From an uncultured Gammaproteobacteria bacterium (lineage in GTDB: Bacteria; Patescibacteriota; Patescibacteriia; SG8-24), in contig CAZAOV010000001.1 of NCBI GenBank assembly GCA_964486995.1, forward strand, positions 15,697-79,696: DNA of 64,000 nt, read 5' to 3'. The notes under the pieces are model-generated. The model did no database searches. It was given only the letters and a program-made list of their open reading frames with translations, and was not told the DNA's origin. The translations under genes were made by a program, and so were the position numbers. Below are positions 1 to 10,649 of the stretch, piece after piece. How positions within the stretch are numbered: the stretch's first letter is position 1; each line of letters opens with the position of its first letter.

Positions 1-332
1 CCACCCACAATATCGTGTCCGCAGCGCTTCGCAATATCAACAAGCAACTCTACCCTAGTCTTCTTGGAAAAAATAAAATCATCATCCAATTGCACAAAAT
101 ACGGCGTGTCGATCTTTTGCATCAACGCCTGCCTACCATAACCCTCACCGGAGTCGTACGGCAGCTTAATCAAATCATGCTTCACTCTCGGTGTCTTTGT
201 GATGTGACGAGAATCATCAGCAACAATAATTCTTATATCTGGATAAAAACTCCGCACAGACAGCAACAACCTCTCCAAGCATCTTGGGCGCATAAAAGCT
301 TTTACAATAAACGTAAACTCTTGATTGCTCAT
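1..332 (-). CDS. GT-A fold glycosyltransferase resembling beta-1,4-N-acetylgalactosaminyltransferases (B4GALNT1/2-like); partial, runs off the window
   Basis: Not in the ORF track. Manual translation from ATG at 332: MSNQEFTFIVKAFMRPRCLERLLLSVRSFYPDIRIIVADDS...YGRQALMQKIDTPYFVQLDDDFIFSKKTRVELLVDIAKRCGHDIVGG. ATGA overlap with the upstream GT2 stop. Confidence 0.8.
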   Translation of the reverse strand, partial: MSNQEFTFIVKAFMRPRCLERLLLSVRSFYPDIRIIVADDSRHITKTPRVKHDLIKLPYDSGEGYGRQALMQKIDTPYFVQLDDDFIFSKKTRVELLVDIAKRCGHDIVG

Positions 333-1288
333 ATTTTTTTTTCTAACCTTTTCCTCGCTAGGTTTATGTCTCCTAGTAAGCGATGCAAGCCAGACAATCC
401 CGTAAGCGCAACAGCGTATCCGATATAGCTTTTCCAATTTTTTGGATTCGCAGTTATTGATTCTGCAAACTCCCTTCGCGCAGCACGACTATCATCAAAT
501 TTTTTCTGCATTATTGATCCCCATCTTCTACGTAATTCGCTTCTTTTGACTGCGTCGTGACGATAAATATCGCGATGCTTGTCAAATATGTAATATACAG
601 CCTGACGCACATTATCTTTAGGAGTGGTCAACGTCATATTATCACCGTGTATATAGCGTCTCAAAAGCGGTTCGGACACATTTGCAAAATCGTAATTCTT
701 GAGCAGGCGCGGCCATAAATCACAATCTTCCTGGTGTCGCAACTTTTCATCGTATTTACCTGCCTCTAGCATGGCCTTCCTAGGAATTAACACGCTATCC
801 GCACTTGCAATACGCTCTAAAGCTAGCGCAGCAAAAAAAGGATCATCATATTGCGGGGTTACCTTTAGCGTTTGCTCGCCGGACGATTCATCGATATCAA
901 CGGAATCGCTAGCAACTATCCCCACATTACCGCTGGGGTCGTTTCTAAATACCGCAATTTGCTTTTCAAGTTTTTCCGGCAACCATTCATCGTCTGCGTC
1001 GAGTGGTGCTATATATTCACCTCGCGCTTCATCAATACCCGCGTTTCGCGCCCCGGCCAAACCAACGTTTCCTGATAGGCTGACTACCTTTACTCTGGGT
1101 TCTTGGAGCGCTATTTTCGCTGCGATGCTTTGAGTGTCGTCGGTCGACGCATCATCAATAATAATTATCTCTATGGCCTTATATGTCTGATCGACAGCAC
1201 TTTTAACAGCACGATTCAGAGTTCGTGCTGCGTTATACGCCGGTATAACAACCGTTACCGTATTGCTGCTCTGCTTGTCGTTCTCCAT
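329..1288 (-). CDS. Glycosyltransferase family 2
   Basis: VVIPAYN, IIIDDASTD, ARNAGI, LDADD and EDCDLW motifs. Confidence 0.92.
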   Translation of the reverse strand: MENDKQSSNTVTVVIPAYNAARTLNRAVKSAVDQTYKAIEIIIIDDASTDDTQSIAAKIALQEPRVKVVSLSGNVGLAGARNAGIDEARGEYIAPLDADDEWLPEKLEKQIAVFRNDPSGNVGIVASDSVDIDESSGEQTLKVTPQYDDPFFAALALERIASADSVLIPRKAMLEAGKYDEKLRHQEDCDLWPRLLKNYDFANVSEPLLRRYIHGDNMTLTTPKDNVRQAVYYIFDKHRDIYRHDAVKRSELRRRWGSIMQKKFDDSRAARREFAESITANPKNWKSYIGYAVALTGLSGLHRLLGDINLARKRLEKKI

Positions 1289-1297
1289 TTCGATAAG

Positions 1298-2299
1298 CTA
1301 GTCAGTCCTTTTAGGCAGAGCCTCGCCACCATATAAACCATCGAGGCCGAATGAAGCTATAATTTCACGCGCTCTTCTTATTTGCTCGTGGGATAGCTCG
1401 CTTTGCCAATTATATATTGGCGACAACCCCCTTGCCACCGTACCACTAGATCCTGTCACTCTGCTGGGGTTACGTACAATTTTATTGATAGCACCACTCT
1501 CAAAAGTGAATCTTTTTTCTGACCAAAAAAAGGAATGTAATTTTATCAATTCATCCAACGGATTTAGAAAAAAATCCTCATAATAAATCCGATAAACATC
1601 GTCAAATGAAGACAGCCGTTTTAGTGGAACGTGATTTGTTACTGACCAATACATAATCTCTCGCAGAAATGAATCCTTTTTTGCTGCTGCAAGATGGTGG
1701 CGATGGTCGGACAGCACGTCTTCGACAAGGTGCGGCTGAGATAATGCTGCAAGCTGCTCCTCGGCGCTAAACCAGTCTTTCTTTTTCAGCTTTGATATTG
1801 CGACTGAAAAAGGATTGCGAATCAGAAAAATTAACTTTATATTTGGGTAGCGCTGCTTAATCAAGTGTGCGTAAAAGTGTGAAGTGACATCCTTAACAAG
1901 CACTCCTTCATGCGTATTCGTAAATTCACGAATCAACTCGCCACCATTTCCCTGATCAATTCTTCTGGTCACCGGCAATCCGGAAAAGATCCGCCTCCCC
2001 ATATTCTCCAGATATTCATTGTCTAGACCGTCCCTGACATAGGGATGCCTGGCATGTAGCTTGTCTCCAACAAGAAAATTAAACGGCTCAAATAGCTCTC
2101 TATAATTATTCTGCCAATTTATTAAAGAAGCGATCCATGTGGTGCCACTTCTAGCAGAGCCAACTAGCCATATCTTTTCCTTATAGTTGCCAAATAAGTA
2201 ATTGCACGTGAAAGCTGGTCGCTTAATCAAATAATAAAAACCCTTAATCGCAGCGGCCCTCGTTTTATTTTTGAGATAGGCGTATGTCATGGATTTCAA
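1298..2299 (-). CDS. PAPS-dependent sulfotransferase
   Basis: 5'-PSB loop GSARSGTTW, IRNPFSVAIS 3'-PB motif, IYYED; paralog of 22607..23590. Confidence 0.88.
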   Translation of the reverse strand: MKSMTYAYLKNKTRAAAIKGFYYLIKRPAFTCNYLFGNYKEKIWLVGSARSGTTWIASLINWQNNYRELFEPFNFLVGDKLHARHPYVRDGLDNEYLENMGRRIFSGLPVTRRIDQGNGGELIREFTNTHEGVLVKDVTSHFYAHLIKQRYPNIKLIFLIRNPFSVAISKLKKKDWFSAEEQLAALSQPHLVEDVLSDHRHHLAAAKKDSFLREIMYWSVTNHVPLKRLSSFDDVYRIYYEDFFLNPLDELIKLHSFFWSEKRFTFESGAINKIVRNPSRVTGSSGTVARGLSPIYNWQSELSHEQIRRAREIIASFGLDGLYGGEALPKRTD

Positions 2300-2605
2300 T
2301 TAAAAACCGTCCACCGACGGCTTGGCGGTCATTTTTATCCAGCCGACGGATACCGGAGTCGATTGATCACCATCTGTTTCCCTAAGCCATTGCTGCGGTG
2401 CGATCACTATTTTATCTTTGTTGTGATTCAACCAAGCCCCCCACCAAGAAAAACTGCTTTTGGCGATTATGCCGTGCTTGCAACACGACATTAGTATCAA
2501 CTCCTCATAATCCTTAAGCTTACCGTCAGAAACGTACGTAATCGAATATTCATTGCTTAAATTTATTTTACACCCACTCGATATCGACCGAAAAAATGGA
2601 GAGCA
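2300..2605 (-). pseudogene. C-terminal fragment of a GT11 alpha-1,2-fucosyltransferase
   Basis: LMSCCKHGIIAKSSFSWWGAWLN...VIAP; the DNA aligns with 4270-4545; 5' part missing next to the IS30 remnant. Confidence 0.8.
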
Positions 2606-2670
2606 TATCTGCTATTTTCCCTCGTTTTTCTTCCTTCTTTCCCTTTCTACATCCTTTCTTGCGTCTGTAT

Positions 2671-3152
2671 TTACGCTCTTGGTGCAGACGGGAGACAAGT
2701 TTTTTTGAGACTTCCCCGAGGCAGGACATAGACATATTGATAGACGACTTCGTGTGAGATGTGCATAGACATAACTTGAGGATGCGCTATTCCCATATGC
2801 CTGACGATCTCGCAGGGCGACCAGCGCTTGCGTAGGCCGGAGAGAACATGTGTGCATAAACGTTCTTCTTGAACAAGTCGACGTTTGCCATAACGACGAG
2901 AAGAAGCGCGACGTTCCGATGCTCTTCCGGCAGAGAATGCCCGATAGCCTGTTACGCCTACATGCCGACTTACTTCACGAGAGATTGTGCTTTTACTTCT
3001 ACCGAGACGCAGAGCAATGCTCGCCCGCGTTTCACCACGAGCCAGCCCCATGCTTATTTCATCTCTTTCACTTTCTGAAAGACGTTTATGCGCTGTTTGT
3101 TGCATACGAGGGAATAGTATCACCTCGTTGCGTTAGATTGTTAACTATAGGA
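2671..3152 (-). mobile_element. IS30-family transposase remnant (N-terminal HTH only; DDE domain lost), with probable terminal repeat at ~3126-3152
   Basis: HKRLSESERDEI...RASIALRLGRSKSTISREVSR, WSPCEI and ISHEVVYQYVY are typical IS30 N-terminal motifs. Confidence 0.85.
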
Positions 3153-3154
3153 AT

Positions 3155-3285
3155 ATAAAGCAACCAATACGCTAACAGAAACGCCCTTCTTGTTGAAAAA
3201 TAATTTACAAACCCAGCTGCAACAGTAGCTACGCCCCCGCCGGAATAAAGTGATGGAAGAAAAAATAAAATCTCTATTGTAGCGC
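3155..3285 (-). pseudogene. Possible N-terminal remnant of a GT4-like glycosyltransferase truncated by IS30
   Basis: Reads ILFFLPSLYSGGGVATVAAGFVNYF, similar to the GT4 N-terminal beta strand/GGG loop. Confidence 0.4.
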
Positions 3286-3286
3286 G

Positions 3287-4243
3287 CTATTTTTTACCCG
3301 CAATCATCTTAACTATAGCATTCAATTTTCTAATTGACTGATACCGCATGGCGTTCCGCTTAAAGTGTTGATATGCTTTTCTTCTCCATTGAACACTTAG
3401 CCTTGCGCGATTTAGATGGGTGGGACAGTTTGCTACTATAAGTTTATTGTATCTCCAGAGCATATATATATACAACAATCCAAAACAAGAATCGGTTTTT
3501 TCATGCACATAAACCAAGTGGCGAGTTGTGCGCGCATCTAGGTCGGATAGCACATTATTCAAATGTTCAATAAACACCTTTTTAGCATTGGCTTTTTGTG
3601 CGTTTCTGTGCTGCTGAGAAATACCACCAGGCGACAGCCTCCACTTAACATGAACTTCATCGAGCAACTCCATGCCAAACCGCAAAGAAAGTTTATTCCA
3701 CAATCCATAATCCTCAACGTATCTATGCGATTCATCATACCCACCTAAATTCATTACGACATCGCGCCTAAACATTACCGATGAATGCGTTAAAACATTA
3801 TTAAATATGAGCCAATAAAAAATTGATTCGCGAGTGGTCGCCAGCGAATGCGAAATACCCAGCGATTGACCCTTATCATCGATCACCTCAACTCGGCACC
3901 CGATTAACGCGATATCAGGATGCTTATCTAGATAACTAACCTGCTGCACGAGACGCTCCGGCAAACTAATATCGTCCGCATCCATTCGCGCAACATATTC
4001 CCCCACTGCCTCCTTCAAACCTTTGTTCAGGGACTTAGTGAGGCCGAGATTGGTTTCGTTCTTCAGTACCCGAATCCGCGGATCTGGGTACGAAGAAATA
4101 ATTTCCGGCGTCGAGTCGGTCGAGGCGTCGTCAATTATCATAAGCTCAAAATCGCGGAAGGTCTGGTTGAGAATGCTCTCCATCGCCGCCCGCAGATACT
4201 TCTCCCCATTGTAGACGGCCATCAGGACCGTTACTTTCGGCAT
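3287..4243 (-). CDS. Glycosyltransferase family 2
   Basis: PKVTVLMAVYN, IIDDASTD, ARMDADD, EDYGLW. Confidence 0.93.
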   Translation of the reverse strand: MPKVTVLMAVYNGEKYLRAAMESILNQTFRDFELMIIDDASTDSTPEIISSYPDPRIRVLKNETNLGLTKSLNKGLKEAVGEYVARMDADDISLPERLVQQVSYLDKHPDIALIGCRVEVIDDKGQSLGISHSLATTRESIFYWLIFNNVLTHSSVMFRRDVVMNLGGYDESHRYVEDYGLWNKLSLRFGMELLDEVHVKWRLSPGGISQQHRNAQKANAKKVFIEHLNNVLSDLDARTTRHLVYVHEKTDSCFGLLYIYMLWRYNKLIVANCPTHLNRARLSVQWRRKAYQHFKRNAMRYQSIRKLNAIVKMIAGKK

Positions 4244-4265
4244 ATAGAAAGCTGATAATTATTTT

Positions 4266-5150
4266 TTAAAGCTGATACCATTCCTTTGGTATTAAATTAC
4301 CGATATCTTTTTCAACTCTATTAAACCACTTCTTCGGCGCAATGACGATCTTATCTGAATTCCTGTTCAACCACGCCCCCCACCAGGAAAAACTGCTGTT
4401 GGCGATGATGTTGTGTTTGCAGTAGGACATCAGCATCAGCTCCTCATAGTCCTTGAGCTTGCCGTCCGAGACATAAGTCACAGGGTGATCAATCTTCAAA
4501 TTCTCTTTGACCCACTCGATGTCGTCCGAAAAAATAAATAAGTGCGGATTTTCTACTTTGCTGGTTACAAATTTCATTGCTGCTTCGTAGTAAGAAAGGG
4601 AGCAAGTGCCGTGATATTCGTTCGTTCTTTTATCGCTGACGTAATCGCCGCGCCGCACGTGCAAAGATATCGCATTGCAACTTATTATTTCTTGAGTGAT
4701 TGCGCGCCCTTCAATGCTATATTCATCTTTCAATGTGAATTCTTCCCGAATTATTTCTTCGGTGTCCTTAAAATATTTTTCACTCTGCCAATAGCCGCTC
4801 AAATATATTCCACGCTCACCAATTGCCGGAGGCATACGATAACCACTTGTGCCTTCACTGACAACACTATCGTCAAACAATCCAAGCCTTCGAAGCAGAA
4901 AACCCTGTAATCGCTTACCGAATCTTGTTCGTCCCTTCCTTTGCAAACGATTAATTTCTGCCTTGGTGGCCATCTCAATTGAAATATTAAAAACCCCCAG
5001 CCCAAAATGGCGTTTAGTATTATTTTTTGAATCATCTAAGCCAGACAAATCGAGTTTCAATCGCTGACCACTAATCTCCGCCAAAAAACGTCCATATGCA
5101 TACTGAAACATTTGGTTACCTAATCCTCCGATTATTCTGGTTACTATCAT
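4266..5150 (-). CDS. Alpha-1,2-fucosyltransferase (GT11)
   Basis: GGLGNQMFQYA, GYWQSEKYF, SLHVRRGDY, NSSFSWWGAWL. Confidence 0.95.
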   Translation of the reverse strand: MIVTRIIGGLGNQMFQYAYGRFLAEISGQRLKLDLSGLDDSKNNTKRHFGLGVFNISIEMATKAEINRLQRKGRTRFGKRLQGFLLRRLGLFDDSVVSEGTSGYRMPPAIGERGIYLSGYWQSEKYFKDTEEIIREEFTLKDEYSIEGRAITQEIISCNAISLHVRRGDYVSDKRTNEYHGTCSLSYYEAAMKFVTSKVENPHLFIFSDDIEWVKENLKIDHPVTYVSDGKLKDYEELMLMSYCKHNIIANSSFSWWGAWLNRNSDKIVIAPKKWFNRVEKDIGNLIPKEWYQL

Positions 5151-5176
5151 GTGATGCCACTAATAATAATCACAAA

Positions 5177-5908
5177 TTAAGTCTTGATAGCGCGAATTTG
5201 ATAACCAAAATTTAGCAACTCACTAGATGCGTCTCCTTTCTTTGAAAATCGGGCTAATAACCGTATCACCAACAACAATCCAATTTCTTCAAAAAAATTT
5301 GGCTTGCTACCACCATAATTAAATCCAACGCTCTTAATTCTTCTTACTTCTTGAGCCAGATATTCAAAATAATTTCCGTTGGGCGTAATTTCTTCAACCT
5401 TAAATCCGTTATCAGCGAGAATTTTTTCATACCAATATCTACTATACCCGTTTGCAAAGTAATATGGGGCAAAATGTGTTAGGGAACAGAAGGGTGCGGT
5501 AATAATTAACGTCCCGCCAGGTCGTAAAATTCGAGAAAATTCTTTTACCGCTTTTGCTGGTTCGGGTAAATGCTCAAACACCTCTATGCACATTATCACA
5601 TCGAACGAGCCGCCAGTTACCGGTATATCGCAGATATCTGAAATGATATCAAGCTTCGAATTGTCCCAGGTGTCAGTCTGCAAACCAACAGCGTTACCAC
5701 TGCCATCATACTTACCGAAATCCTGACTTGTATATGCTAAATGAGAACAGAACTTCTTGTATTGTAATTCTCCCGCCCCAGCATCTAAAATCCTATTCCC
5801 CGTGGATATGCGCTTTAATGACCGTTCCAACCATTCCTCCCGAGTAATCACATTTTTTGTCCCAACGTCACCGGACAAACGTTTGATAACTTTTTTTACC
5901 AAATTCAT
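5177..5908 (-). CDS. Class I SAM-dependent methyltransferase
   Basis: ILDAGAG, FDVIMCIEVFEHL, RILRPGG. Confidence 0.9.
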   Translation of the reverse strand: MNLVKKVIKRLSGDVGTKNVITREEWLERSLKRISTGNRILDAGAGELQYKKFCSHLAYTSQDFGKYDGSGNAVGLQTDTWDNSKLDIISDICDIPVTGGSFDVIMCIEVFEHLPEPAKAVKEFSRILRPGGTLIITAPFCSLTHFAPYYFANGYSRYWYEKILADNGFKVEEITPNGNYFEYLAQEVRRIKSVGFNYGGSKPNFFEEIGLLLVIRLLARFSKKGDASSELLNFGYQIRAIKT

Positions 5909-6726
5909 ATAGACGACTTTCTAAAATAAAAACATCCACAGCCATAATGCTGTTTATTGGCATCCGCTTCAGAGGCATTAAAAACCATACCTACTTTCCC
6001 AGCATTATCGGGTATCAAATCAAATTGAACCAACTTAAAACCTGAAAAATACTCTAGAATTTGTTCAAACGAATAAATTCTATGAGCGTTAAATTGAATT
6101 CTTGGCTGACCAGAAACGGGAACTGCAATAAGCAGGGTGCCAGCTTTAGCCGTAACCCTCTTCAATTCTGCGATGGCTTTTAAATCACCGTCGGGATCTA
6201 ATTCATCGCCATATCTTCCCAATCCCACATGTTCCAAGGTGTGCATGCACGACAGTGACGCAATGCTGTCATCTTCGAATGGCAACTTCAATAAATCGGT
6301 CCTCAAACATTCCAAATTAGATAAATTCAACTTCACCGGACGATAGTCGTAAAACTTAACAGGAATGAACGCGGACAACACGGAACAAAAATACAGGGTG
6401 GACGATATATCAACGTGTTCCGCTGGTCTGTTCACCGAAAGAATCCGTGTCGCCCAAGCCGGATGATAGATGTAATGGGCATCAAACCCGGTTAGCGACG
6501 TATTATCTTTAATACAGGGATATAAATCAGCATCATGTAGCTCAAAGCGCTCATTATGTTTCGATAAGTTCCTAAATTTTTTCAGCTCATGCCTAAACAA
6601 AAAATGCTTATACAGCACCTTATTTATGGCTCTATATTTTCGATAGGCGCCCTTAAGTAGTTTGCGAACCGGCTTTGGTAATCTACCGATAACAGTGCTC
6701 ATCTTCTGGGTGTTGATTATGGTCAT
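5905..6726 (-). CDS. DUF268-like methyltransferase-fold protein
   Basis: SCMHTLEHVGLGRYGDELDPDGDL and FNAHRIY motifs. Confidence 0.8.
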   Translation of the reverse strand: MTIINTQKMSTVIGRLPKPVRKLLKGAYRKYRAINKVLYKHFLFRHELKKFRNLSKHNERFELHDADLYPCIKDNTSLTGFDAHYIYHPAWATRILSVNRPAEHVDISSTLYFCSVLSAFIPVKFYDYRPVKLNLSNLECLRTDLLKLPFEDDSIASLSCMHTLEHVGLGRYGDELDPDGDLKAIAELKRVTAKAGTLLIAVPVSGQPRIQFNAHRIYSFEQILEYFSGFKLVQFDLIPDNAGKVGMVFNASEADANKQHYGCGCFYFRKSSI

Positions 6727-6937
6727 ATTTCATATCTTGAACAGTGCATATATTACCGTAAAAACAAGGATATAGATCTGTATAAGATGGCGCTGACTAT
6801 ATTTTGCTCCGTTTAACATGATAAAGATATTAAATTAAAATCGCCACCTTAATAATACTCGGGTATAATATTATTGTATCAAACTAATTACTTTAATTCT
6901 TAGTCGTTGATGTGGTGCAAATACAATCGGAATAACT

Positions 6938-7885
6938 ATGACTACAACTAAACCGAAACGTATACTAGTCACCGGTGGAGCAGGATTTATCGGCTCTCAT
7001 CTATGTGAACGACTGGTAAATGCGGACAATGAGGTGTTATGTGTGGATAATCTATTTACCGGCAACAAATCTAATATTTACCACTTATTAGACAGTCCGC
7101 TATTTGAGTTGATACGACACGATGTCACTTTTCCTTTATACGTTGAGATAGATGAAATCTATAATCTAGCTTGTCCCGCATCACCCATTCATTATCAATA
7201 CGATCCGGTGCAGACGACCAAGACCTCAGTCCATGGGGCCATCAACATGCTGGGGTTGGCCAAAAGGACTAAGGCGAAATTCCTCCAGGCTTCGACAAGT
7301 GAGGTTTATGGCGACCCAAAAGTGCATCCGCAGACTGAAGATTATTGGGGCAATGTTAATCCAATTGGATTGCGGGCTTGTTATGATGAGGGGAAACGAT
7401 GCGCTGAAACACTATGTTTCGATTATAGGCGACAAAATGGAGTCAGAACTAAAGTGGTGCGCATCTTCAATACATACGGGCCACGGATGCGGCCAGACGA
7501 TGGGCGGGTTGTATCTAACTTTATTATGCAGGCGTTGCACAATGAGCCAATAACTGTTTATGGGGATGGAGAGCAAACCCGATCATTCTGTTTTGTTGAT
7601 GACCTAGTTGACGCGTTGATTAGAATGATGGGCACGGAAGATGAGTTCGCAGGCCCCGTAAACTTAGGTAACCCAAACGAATTCACCATCTTAGAACTAA
7701 CAAAAAAAATTATTAAACAAACTAGGTCAAACTCTGAAATCATTTTCAAACCCCTTCCTGCTGACGATCCCAAACGACGAAAACCAGATATATCATTAGC
7801 TAAGCAAAAACTTGGTTGGGAACCGACGGTTGGTTTAGATGAAGGTCTGAAAAAAACGATTGATTATTTTAGGGCGATGTCCTAA
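6938..7885 (+). CDS. uxs: UDP-glucuronate decarboxylase (UDP-xylose synthase)
   Basis: [44 protein letters not shown]. Confidence 0.95.
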   Translation: MTTTKPKRILVTGGAGFIGSHLCERLVNADNEVLCVDNLFTGNKSNIYHLLDSPLFELIRHDVTFPLYVEIDEIYNLACPASPIHYQYDPVQTTKTSVHGAINMLGLAKRTKAKFLQASTSEVYGDPKVHPQTEDYWGNVNPIGLRACYDEGKRCAETLCFDYRRQNGVRTKVVRIFNTYGPRMRPDDGRVVSNFIMQALHNEPITVYGDGEQTRSFCFVDDLVDALIRMMGTEDEFAGPVNLGNPNEFTILELTKKIIKQTRSNSEIIFKPLPADDPKRRKPDISLAKQKLGWEPTVGLDEGLKKTIDYFRAMS

Positions 7886-7989
7886 GCCAACATTTGCCCT
7901 CCTGATTTGAAAAAACTAAACACGATATAAAAGCATGGGTTCTAACTCGTGGTTTTATAGTCAGAATGAATAGCGGCAGCATATCTTCA

Positions 7990-8883
7990 TTATTTTTTTT
8001 GATTCATTTTTACGCAGTGCTTCATATTTCTAAGCAAGACTGAAAAAGAATTTCGACGCAATACCTTACCCGTCCTGCCCAAACTATCATTTTTTATTTT
8101 TATTGGTTTTTTCGTAAACTTTGAGAACCATGAGCATGAATTGTTTATAAGATATGCAATGTCTTCATCCGCTATCTGATCAAGATATGGCTCGAGTATC
8201 TTAAATGCCATCTCATTATTTTGTTCGCTTTCCCGAATCCAGTATGATTCATGCCCGTATCGATGTAGGTAATATGACTTTGGCATAACAACCATTTTTG
8301 TACCTGTCGCAAGCTGTCGCAAACCAAACCCCCAAGCGTCAAGTGCTTGTGCAAATTCTGGATAACCACCAGAGCGCTCCCAACTGTTTTTGGTATATAA
8401 ATAGTTACCACTAGCAATTGGGGAAATACTGCCAGCCAGGCAGTCTGCAAATGTATGCTTTTCAGATTGAAATTTCCAGACATGTGTAACTCTGTTCGGA
8501 CTTTTATTGAAATAATATACACATTCAAATGCTGCGGCATCGGCTTCCTGGCTATTCATAAATGCAAGTAACTTCTGAACGCTCCCTGGCATTAACAAAT
8601 TATCTGAATCGAGGCAGAATATTAAATCATGTCTGGCATTGCTAACTGCCGTATTTCGCGCCGCCGCGCCGCCGCTATTTTTTTTTTGATTGATAACGCG
8701 AATGCTTGAATATTTTTTTTGCAGTCTCTGCAATAATTCAGCAGTACCATCTGTTGACCCGTCATTAACCACAACAATTTCATCGCCCATCTTTAAATTT
8801 CCGTGCACGATAGATAAAATCGAGTCTGTAATATATTTCTCGTAATTGTATGTGGGTATCACATAACTAATATTTTGCATCAT
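7990..8883 (-). CDS. Glycosyltransferase family 2
   Basis: SYVIPTYN, VNDGSTD, ARNTAV, LDSDN. Confidence 0.88.
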   Translation of the reverse strand: MMQNISYVIPTYNYEKYITDSILSIVHGNLKMGDEIVVVNDGSTDGTAELLQRLQKKYSSIRVINQKKNSGGAAARNTAVSNARHDLIFCLDSDNLLMPGSVQKLLAFMNSQEADAAAFECVYYFNKSPNRVTHVWKFQSEKHTFADCLAGSISPIASGNYLYTKNSWERSGGYPEFAQALDAWGFGLRQLATGTKMVVMPKSYYLHRYGHESYWIRESEQNNEMAFKILEPYLDQIADEDIAYLINNSCSWFSKFTKKPIKIKNDSLGRTGKVLRRNSFSVLLRNMKHCVKMNQKK

Positions 8884-9017
8884 ATAATGTATTTAATTTT
8901 TTAATTTAGCGTAGCAAATCCATGTGTAGTGTTCAGCCTCATCAATAAATGGATTGGGTATCTCAGCTTCCGCCGGTTCAAGCAACGGCTCCGGAGGGTG
9001 AGATTGGTTTATTTACT

Positions 9018-9908
9018 CTAAGACTGAGTTTCTAAGGTTTTCAAAACAAATGGGCACCATTTCTGGTATGCCAAATATTTATTATATACAGCCGTGGATT
9101 TTTCCCCCATTTCAACTAAGCGCTCAGGTGGTTGACCATCAATAATGTCCTCAATTTCATTCACGTCATCGGCATAGAAACTTATTTCATTCCAAGGAAT
9201 CCATTGCTTAAATGGACGCGTATCAACATCACCTATTAGGAATGGCACCACACCAAGCTGCATGCTTTCTATTAATCTAAATGAGCCACCACCATACCCG
9301 CGCGGACATAATGAGATATATGACTGCAATAATTTTTTATCAAAAGATTTTTTTCCCATGTCGCCATTATACAAATACACATCCTTGCGTTGTTCAAGCT
9401 GAGCGTGCATTTCACTCCGAATAGTGTGTGTATGATACCGCCCTAAGAAACAAGCCTTATATTTTTTTCTTGGAAATAATAAAAATGGTCTACGGGCTTC
9501 CTGCAACAATAAAGGGGCGTCAAATCCATTCTCTGATTTGCGTGATCCCAAAAATTGACGTGCTAACCCTATGTTGGATAGCGGACCGTCCGCATACTGA
9601 CATATCGTAAATGTGCGATTATCGTCTATCATGATTCGGTCAAGTTCTTCTTGCAGTTCAGGACGACCCCGTTTTGCATAATCATGCTCCACATGCCATC
9701 TAGTCCAATATATGGGTAAATAGTGCCAGTCTGCCTTACTAGGATTGTCTACCAACAACTCGGGATTATTTTTTAAATAGAGAAGAAAATCTTGTTCAAT
9801 GCCAAAATCATTATTGTGTGCAGGATAAACGAAACGTTGCACTTCGGGTTGAAATTTTTTTTTGCAGGGCAAAATGTGAATTTTCATACTATTAGTTAAC
9901 CCCGTCAT
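9018..9908 (-). CDS. Exostosin-family glycosyltransferase (GT47-like)
   Basis: CFLGR, LCPRGYGGGSFRLIESMQLGVVP, PFKQWIPW. Confidence 0.85.
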   Translation of the reverse strand: MTGLTNSMKIHILPCKKKFQPEVQRFVYPAHNNDFGIEQDFLLYLKNNPELLVDNPSKADWHYLPIYWTRWHVEHDYAKRGRPELQEELDRIMIDDNRTFTICQYADGPLSNIGLARQFLGSRKSENGFDAPLLLQEARRPFLLFPRKKYKACFLGRYHTHTIRSEMHAQLEQRKDVYLYNGDMGKKSFDKKLLQSYISLCPRGYGGGSFRLIESMQLGVVPFLIGDVDTRPFKQWIPWNEISFYADDVNEIEDIIDGQPPERLVEMGEKSTAVYNKYLAYQKWCPFVLKTLETQS

Positions 9909-9938
9909 TTAACGCATATAAATTTTCATCCAGAAGTA

Positions 9939-10649
9939 CTATTTAATAAGATCAGCAAAAATATTCCCGTCCTCCGTCCGACTATTTGGACTTGGGCGAT
10001 ACTCACACGGTATTGCAGACGAGATGCTACTATTTCGGCTATTAAAAAGAATTTTGCTATATCCAACCGCTCGTGCCATCTCTTCGAGTATTGCTGGACT
10101 CAAGACGTTAAGATGGCCATGCCTATCCCACTCCTCAACAAACACACCATTAAAACCCTTATCAAATTCCGAATGACTTTTCATTGAAACTAAAATGTTA
10201 GGTGTATTGACCCGATGTACGGCCCCCGGTTTCATAATTCGCAGCATCTCGGATAAAAAAAGGAATTGACTGCGTTGAGTTAGGTGTTCAATAAAATCCT
10301 CATGAAAAATAACATCTACACAATTGTCAGGAAATGGCAACGGCTCCTTCGTAAGATTAATCGAATAAAAATCATTTTTCTCCGTTCCCCTAATCTGCGG
10401 CGGATAAAATTCATCGGTATAATATTGTAAATAATTCTCAAACGGACAATACTTCAAATCAATATTTATCCACCCCTTTAGGACACGGGGTCCACATCCG
10501 ATATGTAGTTTGATATTTCTTTCATTTGCGAAAATCTGATTTCGTAACTTGTTGATTCCTGTCCAGTGTCGTTTTGCCGCCATTTTTTGATCTGCATTTC
10601 TAACATCATGATAGATTCTCCTAATTTTTTTTAATGCATAAATTACCAT
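9939..10649 (-). CDS. Methyltransferase-domain protein
   Basis: KLHIGCG, GWINID, LPFPDNCVD, FIEHL, RIMKPGA. Confidence 0.85.
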   Translation of the reverse strand: MVIYALKKIRRIYHDVRNADQKMAAKRHWTGINKLRNQIFANERNIKLHIGCGPRVLKGWINIDLKYCPFENYLQYYTDEFYPPQIRGTEKNDFYSINLTKEPLPFPDNCVDVIFHEDFIEHLTQRSQFLFLSEMLRIMKPGAVHRVNTPNILVSMKSHSEFDKGFNGVFVEEWDRHGHLNVLSPAILEEMARAVGYSKILFNSRNSSISSAIPCEYRPSPNSRTEDGNIFADLIK

